A stretch of DNA of 64,000 bases, taken from positions 64,001-128,000 of the forward strand of contig CAVTQK010000017.1 in the NCBI GenBank assembly GCA_963736855.1, written 5' to 3'. This document shows positions 1 to 10,570 of this stretch, in pieces. Position numbers and translations under genes: made by a program. Numbering within the stretch: the stretch's first letter is position 1; each line of letters opens with the position of its first letter. The stretch comes from an uncultured delta proteobacterium (lineage in GTDB: Bacteria > Desulfobacterota > Desulfobacteria > Desulfobacterales > UBA2156). The notes under the pieces are model-generated. The model saw only the letters and a program-made list of their open reading frames with translations. It searched no databases and had not been told where the DNA came from.

Positions 1-244
1 ATCGACTCCCAAGAAAGCCAGCACGGGCGAAGTCATCGACGACTCGGTTATCACGACCAAAGTCAAAGCTCTGCTTGCAGCCGATAATCTGCTCAAGTCA
101 ATACAGATCGGTGTCGAAACTTACCGGGGTACCGTTCAACTGAGCGGTTTTGTTAATTCCCGAGAGGTTGTTGAGAAGGCAGAGCAAATCACAAAGAGCG
201 TCCAGGGAGTCAAATCCGTAAAGAATGATCTGATTGTGAAATAA
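1..244 (+). CDS. BON (OsmY-like) domain protein, 5'-truncated by the window edge
   Basis: Frame 2 reads STPKKASTGEVIDDSVITTKVKALLAAD...GVETYRGTVQLSGFV...SVQGVKSVKNDLIVK*, the BON pattern; not in the ORF track. Confidence 0.85.
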   Translation, partial: STPKKASTGEVIDDSVITTKVKALLAADNLLKSIQIGVETYRGTVQLSGFVNSREVVEKAEQITKSVQGVKSVKNDLIVK

Positions 245-272
245 GCGGCTGCTGTAACCGGTCCTCTGATCG

Positions 273-380
273 GTATTTGAAAAGCACCCGAACCGCTTCA
301 AATACAAGATGCCGGTTCCAAACAGGCTACCGGAGGCGGTCTGGATCAAACCGCCCTCTCTGAAAATACGCAAGTCTAAG
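273..380 (+). mobile_element. Remnant of an IS3-family transposase C-terminus
   Basis: Reads VFEKHPNRFKYKMPVPNRLPEAVWIKPP, resembling the HPERF...P..LPEAVWINPP tail of a subgroup of IS3-type transposases. Confidence 0.55.
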
Positions 381-397
381 TTGTGCTGTCCCCTATC

Positions 398-1483
398 TCA
401 TCTAGATGAACATGGGTCGCCTAAGCAAGTCAGGCCTGGAATGAATATGGTGGTTACATCCCCTCCTCTCCAGGGAATCTCATCGCATGTCATTTGATCA
501 GTCCAAACACAACAGGTATACCCGGTTAAAGTCGAAGTTATATAGCATGCGCCGGGGCATTCTTTACCGTCATCAAATGTAGCTCCCGGATAGGCTGCAA
601 TCGCAATCAGGACCGGACATATAATGGCATGGCGGATTTGGAAAATTGGGATAACATGCGCCAAGACCTGCGGACGCAGGTAATATGACAAAGACTGGCC
701 GCAGGGATTGCAATTCATTCTCTCAGCGTATGCAAATGTCTCAAGGTTCACCCAATTATCTACGAGAACTTGTCTTGCTAAACTCACCTCGGAAGAAGTA
801 TGTGTACTTTTAAACCGGATCCATACTTCAAAGGCGATAGAAGCTGCAAGATCGAGCCGGTCTAAATAATTATCCATCCTCCGATCCTCAATATTCATTT
901 CGGGTTCGGCAGGAAAATCTTGTGGGTGCGTCCAGGATCGCATCGAAATCGACGTGATTCCGGGCGGTGGCTTTTCGCAGCGTGCTACAGCCGATACCAA
1001 GCCTGGATTTTGGGCGATCCAGGTGCGCATCGCACTTAAATCCTGGCCGGTTTCGGCTTCGTAAGCACTGATGGCCTCCAGAAGCGCCGAATCGCTGAAA
1101 TCGATATCTACCGGGAATGTCTTTCCTTCAATGGTCAGATCAAAGTGGCTTGCATCACCGGACCAGGACAGCGTCAATACCGCGTCAGGAGATAGAATGG
1201 TCACCGGTCTGAGGCAGGCGTCTGTTTTGGTCTGAACCACGCCCTGGGGTGTGACATAGGCAAACCCATCCGGAAAGGGGGCGTCGCAAACATCACCGAT
1301 CCCGTTTCCGTTTGCGTCGGCCTGGTCGGGATTTGCCGTGAGGGGGCAGTTGTCACCGGAATTGAGCACCCCGTCGCCGTCCGAGTCAAGCCCTCCCGTG
1401 GCGCCGATGGCACGGCCGCTATTAATAATTGCCAGCATGATCAGGATCATGAAGGGGATTATAAAGGAACGAAATTTTTGCAT
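398..1483 (-). CDS. Secreted thrombospondin type-3 repeat protein with Cys-rich C-terminus
   Basis: GGAGG RBS before ATG at 1483; signal peptide; DSDGDGVLNSGDNCPLTANPDQADANGNGIGDVCD TSP3 motif. Confidence 0.8.
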   Translation of the reverse strand: MQKFRSFIIPFMILIMLAIINSGRAIGATGGLDSDGDGVLNSGDNCPLTANPDQADANGNGIGDVCDAPFPDGFAYVTPQGVVQTKTDACLRPVTILSPDAVLTLSWSGDASHFDLTIEGKTFPVDIDFSDSALLEAISAYEAETGQDLSAMRTWIAQNPGLVSAVARCEKPPPGITSISMRSWTHPQDFPAEPEMNIEDRRMDNYLDRLDLAASIAFEVWIRFKSTHTSSEVSLARQVLVDNWVNLETFAYAERMNCNPCGQSLSYYLRPQVLAHVIPIFQIRHAIICPVLIAIAAYPGATFDDGKECPGACYITSTLTGYTCCVWTDQMTCDEIPWRGGDVTTIFIPGLTCLGDPCSSR

Positions 1484-1821
1484 GATGTCCTCCCGAAAGC
1501 CAGGGTTATTCCAAGCAGAGGGTCGACTCGCATCGATGACGGATTGTATTGCATCGACCAAACCTCCATATGCCTCGTCAGAACTGCCGCCGGTGCGGAT
1601 AAACTTGCGCCTGATTGAAGAATGAATGGCGTTTCGGCACTATTTGGTCCTCAGAACATCTGGTTGCCATAGCGATAATATCCGTTGGATTCAGTAATTA
1701 TCGGAAGGAAAATGGGGTGTCAATAAATATTTAATAGCGGTTTTATGAGTCACATCTGAGAACGTTGCCTTAAGAAGATCGGGGAGTTGTAAAAACGAAT
1801 CAAAAAATATTTGTTTGTCTC

Positions 1822-1859
1822 TTGACAAAATCAAATGGTTATTTAAAATAGCTATTTGA
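1822..1859 (+). promoter_or_regulatory. Sigma70 promoter overlapped by a palindromic TetR operator
   Basis: TTGACA-N16-TAAAAT; imperfect palindrome TCAAATggtTATTT-A-AAATAgctATTTGA at 1831-1859. Confidence 0.6.
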
Positions 1860-1891
1860 ATATTTGAAGCTAAGAAATATATCAAGGGAAT

Positions 1892-2590
1892 GTGATGAAG
1901 ATACCCGGAAAAAATACTGCAAAAACTTACCAGAGCCTGCTGAGGATTGCGGCCGAGGTTTTTGCCGAAAAAGGGTACCGAGATGCAACCATTGCGGAAA
2001 TTTGCAGACGGGCCAGGGCAAATGTCGCTGCGGTAAACTATCACTTCGGGGATAAGAAAAATCTCTACCGAGAGGCTTGGCGCCATTCATTTCTCCAATC
2101 CATTAATGCTCATCCGCCGGATGGTGGCGTAAGTAACGATGCGCCCCTTGAAGAACGTTTTCAAGGCCGGGTGATGGCTCTCATTCATCGGATTGCAGAC
2201 AAGAACAACAAAAATTTTCTGATTCTTCATAAGGAGCTTGTCAACCCGACGGGTCTGCTGGAGGAAGCCATCAGAAAAGAACTCAGGCCTCTTCACGATA
2301 AAATGGAAACTCTGGTTCGTGAGCTCCTGGGTCCACGCGCTTCAGACGTTAAGGTTCGCTTCTGTGTGATCAGCATCATCAGCCAGTGCATTAATCCGAT
2401 GGTTGCAAAAAAAGGCCGGAAGGGAAAGAAGGAAGTAAAAGAAGGCCCCCCGGGAATCGAGGATATTAAAGCCTATGCCGAACATGTTGTGAAATTTTCC
2501 CTTGCCGGGATCCGTTCTATATGCAAGGAGGCTAAAGAAAGGCAAGGCAATGTTCAGATGAGACAAAGCTTAAGAGATGTTTTAAAATAG
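1892..2590 (+). CDS. TetR-family regulator, CecR/YbiH-like (DUF1956 C-terminus)
   Basis: HTH FAEKGYRDATIAEICRRARANVAAVNYHFGDK; first gene of the efflux operon. Confidence 0.9.
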   Translation: MMKIPGKNTAKTYQSLLRIAAEVFAEKGYRDATIAEICRRARANVAAVNYHFGDKKNLYREAWRHSFLQSINAHPPDGGVSNDAPLEERFQGRVMALIHRIADKNNKNFLILHKELVNPTGLLEEAIRKELRPLHDKMETLVRELLGPRASDVKVRFCVISIISQCINPMVAKKGRKGKKEVKEGPPGIEDIKAYAEHVVKFSLAGIRSICKEAKERQGNVQMRQSLRDVLK

Positions 2591-2599
2591 GATTAACCC

Positions 2600-4054
2600 A
2601 TGAATGATCTGAAACGGCAAATCTTCAATCGACCGATATTGTGGTTTGGTGCGGTGTTCGCGATGCTGATCGTTGCGGGGTGTGCCGCAGTGGGGCCGGA
2701 TTACCATCCGCCCGAAACGCCGACTTCTCCAGCCTGGCATACGCCGCTCAAGGGAGGTCTTACAAGCGGAGAGGCCGATCCAAAAAATCTGGCTTCATGG
2801 TGGATGACCCTCAATGATACGGTGCTTTCCAGCCTGATGGACCGAGCGGTTTCAGGCAACCTCGATTTGAAGAAGGCTTTGGCGCGGATTCGGGAAGCGC
2901 GCGCCCGGCGAAGCATCGCCGAGGCCGGCCTCTTTCCCACTCTCGATGCTGCGGGTTCCGCCGCCTGGAGCCGCAGAAGCAAAGATACGGGGAGCGGAAA
3001 AAGCAGTGAACTTTATGCGGCAGGTTTTGATGCCGGGTGGGAGCTGGATATCTTCGGCGGGGTGCGTCGATCGGTGGAGGCTGCCGAAGCGGACCTTCAG
3101 GTGCGCGGAGAAGAATTGCGCGATGTCCTCGTTTCCCTGCTTGCAGAAACGGCTTTTAACTATGTCGAGGCTAGAACCTACCAGGCCCGCCTGACTGCGG
3201 CGGAAGCAAACCTGGAAGCTCAAAATGAGTCTTACCAGTTGGCCTTATGGCGAAATCAAGCGGGTTTGAGCGATGCGCTGGCCCTGCAGCAGGCCCGTTA
3301 CAATGTTGAAAGCACCCGTTCCCAGATACCGACCCTGCGTACCGGGCTGGAGGAGGCCATGAATCGCATCGCTGTGCTTCTGGGAGAACAGCCCGGGAAA
3401 ATCCACGAATCAGTTGAGAAAATAATGCCTATCCCGGTTACTCCACTGAAGGTCTTCGTGGGTGTACCGGCCGAAGCGCTGCGCCGCCGTCCGGATGTAC
3501 GCAGCGCCGAACGAGCGCTTGCCGCACAGACGGCAAGGGTTGGTGTGGCTACAGCGGATCTCTACCCCAGGTTCACGTTGAGCGGATCCATCGGATTGGA
3601 AACCGTTTCACTGGGTAATGTTTCTTCTTCCGGAATTTGGACTTTGAGCGGCGGCCCTCGAATCACCTGGGCGGTTTTTAATGCCGGAGCCATCCGCCAA
3701 AACATCGAAGTGCAATCCGCCTTGCAGGAGCAGTACCTGATCGCCTACGAGGCCGCTGTGCTCAGTGCGATGGAAGAGGTTGAAAACGCCCTTGTTGCCT
3801 ATGCAGGGGAACAGCAGCGGAGGCAATCTTTGATCGAGGCGATGCAGGCGGCTCGTGATGCGGCAGAGCTTGCGCAGCAAAAGTACCGAGTCGGCCTGAC
3901 GGATTTCAGCAATGTACTGGATGCGCAGCGCTCTCTATTGTCTTTCCAGGATCAACTGGCCCAAAGCGACGGGACCGTAACTTCCAACCTGGTGCGCCTG
4001 TATAAGGCTCTGGGAGGAGGATGGAATTCCCTTTCCCCTGATGAGAATAAGTAG
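2600..4054 (+). CDS. Outer-membrane efflux lipoprotein, NodT/OprM (TolC) family
   Basis: Lipobox VAGC then AVGPDY; WELDIFG, RRRPDVRSAE, LYKALGGGW. Confidence 0.95.
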   Translation: MNDLKRQIFNRPILWFGAVFAMLIVAGCAAVGPDYHPPETPTSPAWHTPLKGGLTSGEADPKNLASWWMTLNDTVLSSLMDRAVSGNLDLKKALARIREARARRSIAEAGLFPTLDAAGSAAWSRRSKDTGSGKSSELYAAGFDAGWELDIFGGVRRSVEAAEADLQVRGEELRDVLVSLLAETAFNYVEARTYQARLTAAEANLEAQNESYQLALWRNQAGLSDALALQQARYNVESTRSQIPTLRTGLEEAMNRIAVLLGEQPGKIHESVEKIMPIPVTPLKVFVGVPAEALRRRPDVRSAERALAAQTARVGVATADLYPRFTLSGSIGLETVSLGNVSSSGIWTLSGGPRITWAVFNAGAIRQNIEVQSALQEQYLIAYEAAVLSAMEEVENALVAYAGEQQRRQSLIEAMQAARDAAELAQQKYRVGLTDFSNVLDAQRSLLSFQDQLAQSDGTVTSNLVRLYKALGGGWNSLSPDENK

Positions 4055-4074
4055 CATGTGATTGGAGCAAAGAA

Positions 4075-5376
4075 ATGAAATCAAAAATCAATCCGGAGTC
4101 CGATGTTGCTAAAACACTGGGAATGGATGCATCGTCGAATGTAAAAAAGGGTCTGAGGCGATGGTTTATCTTGGCCTTCCTGGCGGCAGCAGTGGTGATA
4201 GCGGTTGTAATCTGGAAAAGTACGAATAATTCCGATTCGGTGCAATACAAAACCGAGGAGGTCCGACGCGGCGATCTGACGGTCATCGTAACCGCAACGG
4301 GCACCTTGCAGCCGACCAACAAGGTCGATGTGGGAAGCGAGTTATCCGGTATCATCAAGAGCGTTGGAGTTGACTACAACGACCGGGTAAAGGTCGGCCA
4401 GATTTTAGCTAAACTGGATACTTCGAAACTCGAAGCGCAGGGGACCCAATCCAGGGCATCTCTGGAATCGGCAAAGGCCAGGGTCTTGCAGGCTCAGGCG
4501 ACAGTCGGCGAAACACGCAGCAAGCTTGCACAGCTTCAAAAGGTTTGGGAATTAAGCAATCGAAAAGTTCCTTCACAGGCGGATCTCGATGCTGCAGAAG
4601 CGGCTTTCGAACGGGCCAAGGCCGATGAAGCCAGCGCCAGGGCGGCAGTCTCTCAGGCCCAGGCCACTCTGGAAGCCCATGAGACCGATCTTTCCAAATC
4701 GGTGATCCGGTCTCCTATCAACGGGATTGTTCTTACGCGCAGCATAGAGCCCGGACAGACCGTAGCCGCCTCCTTTCAGGCCCCGGTGCTCTTCACTCTG
4801 GCCGAAGACTTGACCCAGATGGAACTGCATGTCAATGTGGATGAGGCCGATATCGGTAAAGTGCAGGAGGATCAAAAAGCGACGTTCACCGTTGCCGCCT
4901 ATCCGAATCGCAATTTCGATGCACGGATCACCCAGGCCCGTTTCGGTTCGTCAACGACTTCAGGAGTCGTCACCTACGAAGCCGTCCTTAAGGTCGACAA
5001 CTCGGACCTCTCTTTGAGGCCCGGAATGACGGCCACCGCGGATATCACGGTCAAAAAAGTCGAAAATGCCATCCTGATACCCAGTTCAGCGCTGCGTTTT
5101 ACGCCGCCGGCACAGAAAGAGAAGAAGCAGGAGAAGAAATCTTCCGGCAGTCTCGTCGGTTCCCTGATCCCGCGTCCGCCCAGACAAAGTTCTCAACAGC
5201 GCGACAACGCGACGAGTAACAAATCACAGCAGCGGGTCTGGATATTGAAGGATGGGCAGCTCTCAGCCGTCCCTGTCACGATCGGGTCGACAAATGGAAG
5301 TATGACTGAAGTTGTGGCCGGAGACATCGAACCCGGGATGACGGTGGTGGTGGATACCATCAGTGCGGTGAAATGA
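4075..5376 (+). CDS. Efflux periplasmic adaptor (MacA-like)
   Basis: TM anchor; ATGTLQP, IRSPINGIV, GQTVAASFQAPVLF, LRPGMTA. Confidence 0.93.
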   Translation: MKSKINPESDVAKTLGMDASSNVKKGLRRWFILAFLAAAVVIAVVIWKSTNNSDSVQYKTEEVRRGDLTVIVTATGTLQPTNKVDVGSELSGIIKSVGVDYNDRVKVGQILAKLDTSKLEAQGTQSRASLESAKARVLQAQATVGETRSKLAQLQKVWELSNRKVPSQADLDAAEAAFERAKADEASARAAVSQAQATLEAHETDLSKSVIRSPINGIVLTRSIEPGQTVAASFQAPVLFTLAEDLTQMELHVNVDEADIGKVQEDQKATFTVAAYPNRNFDARITQARFGSSTTSGVVTYEAVLKVDNSDLSLRPGMTATADITVKKVENAILIPSSALRFTPPAQKEKKQEKKSSGSLVGSLIPRPPRQSSQQRDNATSNKSQQRVWILKDGQLSAVPVTIGSTNGSMTEVVAGDIEPGMTVVVDTISAVK

Positions 5377-6101
5377 GCATGATGGCCATCAATCATACAG
5401 ACAACCAACCCATTATTGAGCTGCAAGGCGTGACGAAAGTATACGGCACCGGCCAGGCGGCTATGCATGCACTTCGCGGCATTGATCTTCGAATTGATGA
5501 GGGCGAGTTTGTGGCGGTCATGGGACCCAGTGGATCGGGCAAGTCCACCTGTATGAACATCCTTGGCTGTCTGGATACGCCGACCGCGGGGGTTTATAAG
5601 TTCAAAGGCATTGAAGTGGGCAAACTGACCCGCACCCAGCGGACGCGGCTACGCCGATTCTACCTGGGTTTTGTCTTTCAGGGCTATAATTTACTAAATC
5701 GTACCTCGGCCCTGGAGAACGTGGAACTCCCCTTGATTTATCGCCGTGTCCCCGCCGGAGTGCGGCGAGCGCATGCCATTAAGACGCTGGAGAAAGTGGG
5801 TCTCAAGGGCTGGGAATCCCACACCCCCGGCGAGCTCTCAGGAGGTCAGCAACAGCGGGTAGCCATTGCACGGGCGATTGTGACGGAACCCGCCGTATTG
5901 TTTGCGGACGAACCTACGGGTAACCTGGATACGGCACGAAGCCGTGAAATCATGGATCTGCTCATCGGTCTGAACCGCGACCCCGGAATCACCATCGTCA
6001 TGGTCACTCATGAAATGGATATGGCAGCCTATGCGAAGCGCATCATCCATTTCCTGGACGGTCTGGTGGCATCCGGTGAGGAAAACGGGAGGGCAACATA
6101 A
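5373..6101 (+). CDS. ABC transporter ATP-binding protein (MacB/LolD-like)
   Basis: [32 protein letters not shown]. Confidence 0.95.
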   Translation: MSMMAINHTDNQPIIELQGVTKVYGTGQAAMHALRGIDLRIDEGEFVAVMGPSGSGKSTCMNILGCLDTPTAGVYKFKGIEVGKLTRTQRTRLRRFYLGFVFQGYNLLNRTSALENVELPLIYRRVPAGVRRAHAIKTLEKVGLKGWESHTPGELSGGQQQRVAIARAIVTEPAVLFADEPTGNLDTARSREIMDLLIGLNRDPGITIVMVTHEMDMAAYAKRIIHFLDGLVASGEENGRAT

Positions 6102-7306
6102 TGCTGTGGACCACGATTATACTGGCCTTGCGTGAAATCAGGCGAAATGTCATGCGGTCGTTTCTGACCATTCTGGGAATCGTCATCGGTGTAGGAGCAG
6201 TTATCACGATGGTGACCATCGGCGGGGGCGCTACGGCCCAAATTCAAGAGCAGATTGCAAGCATGGGGAGCAATGTGCTCATCGTCACTCCCGGAAGGAG
6301 ACTCGGTCCGGGCCAATCCTCAGGCAACATCCCTTTCAAACAGGCTGACGGAGAGGCTATTCTCAGTGACGTCAGCTCGATTGCTGCCGTGGCCCCGGTC
6401 TCTTCCAAAAGCATCCAAGCCGTATTCGGCAATGAAAACTGGTCGACCTCGGTCACCGGAAGCGATAATAAGTTTCTTCGGGTTACGAACAGATCCATAA
6501 GTGCCGGCCGACAGTTCAGCGACAGCGAATTGCGTGCCGGTGCGGCGGTTTGTCTCGTGGGGGAGACCGTGCGTAAGAAATTGTTCGGAGGGCAGGAATT
6601 TTTGGGGGAAAATATTCGTCTTGAAAAACTCTCCTGCCAGGTGATCGGCATCCTGGAAGCCAAGGGGCAGAACACCATGGGCATGGATCAGGACGATATC
6701 ATCCTCATCCCGTTACGCACTTATCAGCGGCGTATTTCAGGCAACCTGGATATCGCTCGCTTTCAGCTCTCGGTTCAGGATGGCGCCTCGACCGAAAAGG
6801 CTCAGCAGGACATCCGATCATTGATGAGGGAGAGGCGTCATCTATCACCCAGCGATGATGATAACTTCAACGTCATGGACATGAAGGAGATCGCCAACAT
6901 GCTGACCGGAACCACGCAACTGCTCACAGCCTTGCTGAGTGCCGTAGCGGCCGTAAGCCTCCTCGTCGGCGGCATCGGCATCATGAACATCATGCTGGTG
7001 TCGGTGACCGAGCGCACCCGGGAGATTGGCATCCGGCTCGCCATCGGCGCCCTCGAGAGTGAAGTGCTCATACAATTCCTGGTGGAAGCGGTTGTGCTCT
7101 CTTCATTGGGCGGATTGATCGGGATTGTGGCCGCTCTTGCCGGATCTGTCTGGCTCGCAAGCGTGTTGCGAGTACCCTTTGTTTTCAACGCCGGCATCAT
7201 CGGCGTCGCCTTCCTGTTTTCGGCCGCGGTGGGCGTGATTTTCGGCTACTTTCCAGCGCTGAAAGCCGCACGACTGGACCCGATCGATGCATTGCGCTAT
7301 GAATAA
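6101..7306 (+). CDS. ABC transporter permease (MacB/FtsX-like)
   Basis: RSFLTILGIVIGV; GGIGIMNIMLVSVTERTREIGIR; KAARLDPIDALRYE. Confidence 0.95.
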   Translation: MLWTTIILALREIRRNVMRSFLTILGIVIGVGAVITMVTIGGGATAQIQEQIASMGSNVLIVTPGRRLGPGQSSGNIPFKQADGEAILSDVSSIAAVAPVSSKSIQAVFGNENWSTSVTGSDNKFLRVTNRSISAGRQFSDSELRAGAAVCLVGETVRKKLFGGQEFLGENIRLEKLSCQVIGILEAKGQNTMGMDQDDIILIPLRTYQRRISGNLDIARFQLSVQDGASTEKAQQDIRSLMRERRHLSPSDDDNFNVMDMKEIANMLTGTTQLLTALLSAVAAVSLLVGGIGIMNIMLVSVTERTREIGIRLAIGALESEVLIQFLVEAVVLSSLGGLIGIVAALAGSVWLASVLRVPFVFNAGIIGVAFLFSAAVGVIFGYFPALKAARLDPIDALRYE

Positions 7307-7356
7307 AGGGACAAGGTGGACAGATCCCATCCAATCCAGCCAAAGGGAGATGATGT

Positions 7357-8577
7357 GTGAAATCCGATCTGCTGATAAAGATTTTCAGTCGGAAAATGCT
7401 GGTGGCTTTTATAATGGGTTTTGCTTCCGGCCTGCCTTTACTTTTAACGTCCACTTTGCTGCAGGCATGGCTTAAGGATGGTCAGGTTGAGCTTTCAACC
7501 ATTGGTTTGGTTTCTCTGCTGAGTTTACCCTATACGTTGAAATTCATCTGGGCGCCTTTTTTAGACTGCTATTCGATTCCCGGATTCGGCCGTCGAAAAG
7601 GGTGGTTGCTGATTTTTCAACTGCTCTTGATCGGTTCAATCTTCGGAATGGGTTCATCCGACCCGGTGAAATCGCCGTTGCTCCTGGGCATCCTGGCTTT
7701 GACTGTGGCTTTTTTCAGCGCGTCCCAGGATATTGTCATTGATGCTTACCGACGGGAGGATTTAACGGATAAGGAACTGGGTTTAGGTTCTTCTTTATAT
7801 GTCAACGGCTACCGCGTCGGTATGCTTTTGGCCTCCGGTGGCGGTTTGATTCTGTCGGATCACTATTCGTTTGGCGCAGTCTATTATTTTATGGGGTTAT
7901 GCCTCTTCATCGGGGTATTAGCGACTTTATTGACGCCGGAACCTCAAATCGGCACGCTGTTGCCGGCCTCTTTTAGAGATGCGGTGATTTTGCCGTTTAT
8001 TGATTTTTTAAAACGCAAGGAAGCCTTCTGGATTTTAGCATTTATTGTGCTTTATAAAATCGGCGATAACATGGCTGCAACGATGACGATCCCATATTAC
8101 ATGGAAATCGGTTTTACCAAAACACAAATTGGAGCAGTAGTTAAGCTTTTCGGATTTTGGGCGACAATTATCGGCAGTCTGGCCGGTGGAATTATGATGC
8201 TGAAAATCGGTATTAACAAATCCCTCTGGATCTTTGGTGTATTGCAGGCCGTTTCGACACTCTGTTTCGGCGTTTTAACCATCACCGGCCCTAATAATTG
8301 GATATTGGCCGGAGTGATCGCATTTGAAAATCTGACCGGCGGCATGGGGACAACGGCTTTTGTGGCGTTTATGCTTTCTTTAACCAACAGAGCTTATACG
8401 GCCACCCAGTATGCGCTGCTAAGCAGTTTCATGGGGATTCCCAGGGTTTTTGCTGCTGCACCGACCGGATATCTGGTGCAGGCATTCGGCTGGTGGAATT
8501 TTTTTGTCATGTGCACCCTGGTGGCTATTCCCGGTATGCTCCTGCTCCTGGTTTTTGCCCCTTTTAAGAAACAGTAG
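7357..8577 (+). CDS. ampG: AmpG-family muropeptide MFS transporter
   Basis: GFASGLP, KFIWAP, GRRKGW, SASQDIVIDAYR, ATQYALLSS. Confidence 0.9.
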   Translation: MKSDLLIKIFSRKMLVAFIMGFASGLPLLLTSTLLQAWLKDGQVELSTIGLVSLLSLPYTLKFIWAPFLDCYSIPGFGRRKGWLLIFQLLLIGSIFGMGSSDPVKSPLLLGILALTVAFFSASQDIVIDAYRREDLTDKELGLGSSLYVNGYRVGMLLASGGGLILSDHYSFGAVYYFMGLCLFIGVLATLLTPEPQIGTLLPASFRDAVILPFIDFLKRKEAFWILAFIVLYKIGDNMAATMTIPYYMEIGFTKTQIGAVVKLFGFWATIIGSLAGGIMMLKIGINKSLWIFGVLQAVSTLCFGVLTITGPNNWILAGVIAFENLTGGMGTTAFVAFMLSLTNRAYTATQYALLSSFMGIPRVFAAAPTGYLVQAFGWWNFFVMCTLVAIPGMLLLLVFAPFKKQ

Positions 8578-8641
8578 GAATGTTATAGAAGCCAAATAGA
8601 TTCATTCAGAAAACGAGGAAAAATCAAAAAAGGGAAATCCG

Positions 8642-10553
8642 ATGCAAAGATGGATTCGTCAGATAGGTGCTTGTTTTTTGGCAATGACCGTTATCGGATG
8701 CGCTTTAATAAATCCAAGCCCCCCTGCAACAGAAACCGTTTCTTCCCCCGTAACGGCCGCCGGGGATGTTGAAACAAAAGTCGCCGAAAGTAAACCGACT
8801 GCGCCGCCGCCCATTGTTTTAATGCCCAAGGTGCGGGTTACGGTGCAACGATTGAATCTGCGTAAAGAATCCGTCCATCAAGAGCCGTATTTTAGGTATT
8901 CTCAGAATGGGCGATATCCTTGAGATAGTTTCGAAAAAAGGCGAGTGGATTCGCGTATCTAACGCGGCCGGATTATCAGGCTGGGCTTTTGCTCAACATC
9001 TCGAACCCATTAACGACACATCGAGTGCAAGAGCAGAAGATTTGAAAATTGCCGAAGCCTCCCCACTTGAACTACCCGGCGATTCTCCTTCCATTTTCAA
9101 ACCGGCGGCCGATAAAAGGGCGGCTGAGAACGATTTTGCGCAAGGGTTTTTCGAAGTCGACGGAAAAAAGATCCCATTAAGGCATGCTGTTGCGGAATTG
9201 CGGGAAGATCATTTCAACCCATGCCGGAAAATCATCGGCATTTTTCTGACGGATCGCCCGGTACAATCGGATGACTGGCGCGAGCAAATCCAATCCTTAT
9301 CGTCAAAAGGGGCGCTGCAGTTCCTTGAACTGAGCATCAACCAATCGAAGCAAATCATCGGCGCGGTTTTGGAAACTCCTCTGCTGAAAACGGGGTATGC
9401 CTCCTCTGCCGGCGGCCATACGTTTGAGGCGATAACCTTCGGTCCAGCGGCAATAGCGGGTTCGGCATTCACGGAAACGAGGGAATTTCAAGGTCAGACA
9501 TACGGCTACCGAGTTAACTTTAAAGCCACGTTGACGGAAGCCGGCAGTGATAAAAAATTGAAAGCATCACGGAGATCCGAAAGCTCCTATGAGAAGTCCA
9601 TTTTTAATACTCCCATCCATAAAGCCATTGAAAAGATGCTGCTCGACGCAGGCGATGATGAGATTCTGAGAACCGTCACCGGCATTGCGAGCAGCACCTT
9701 GGATGATTTTGCCACCGCCGACATCGAGTGTGAGCAAAATGGGAAAAAGGACCGATTTACGGTCTTCATTTATAAAATTAAAGACCGATGGATCGCCTAT
9801 AAAGAAATTCCCACGCATTTGGATCACTATGGGGTGTTTTGGATGCTGGCCCGGCAGTATTGTGCCGAACAATGGGAGCACTTCAAGGGAATCGGCTTTC
9901 TGGATGAAAGCTGGAAAAAGAAGGATCCGGAAAAGCGTGCCATTCGTTTTGACTGCAGCGAATGGGTAAACAACCAGTGGGAATCTCATCATCTGGAAAT
10001 AAGATACGCATACGACAAACAAAAGGGCTGGCAAATCACCGATGTGCTCGATCTGGAAACGACCCCCCGGACGGTCCGGACATCCCAAAGCGCCGATCCA
10101 ACCCGACTATCCTCCAAGGAACCTAAAAAGAGACCTTCATTGCCGGAAGAGATGGTTTTTTCGGATGACATCGTTGACCGCTTTTTCCTCAGCATCATGG
10201 AGGGCGACATGGATGCAGTAAAGGGCTTTTTGGATGCAGGCATGTCGCCCAATGTCAAGAGGCCTCGATTAGGACATTCACCCTTATTTGCAGCGGTTAT
10301 CGGTCATCACGATGAAATCGCGCTGATGTTCATCGATGCGGGAGGGGATGTAAACTTTAAAGACGAAAATGGAACGACCCCTCTCATGTGGGCGGCCAAA
10401 CACTGCACTTCGATCCTGTTGGTTCAATCCCTGGTCGAAGCCGGTGCCGATGTCAACGCCAGGGCGAAGGGTAGAGGAACGCCTTTAATCAGCGCCGAGT
10501 CGAGTAAATGCAAAGAGATCGCAAAAATTTTAGCAAAAGCCGGGGCCAAATGA
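8642..10553 (+). CDS. Lipoprotein with N-terminal SH3b domain and C-terminal ankyrin repeats (single gene, one extra base near 8870)
   Basis: Lipobox VIGC; removing one base gives VTVQRLNLRKE-PSIKSRILGILRMGDILEIVSKKGEWIRV (SH3b); ankyrin repeats GHSPLFAA, GTTPLMWAA, GADVNA. Confidence 0.8.
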
Positions 10554-10570
10554 TCCTAAAGGAGAAGAAA

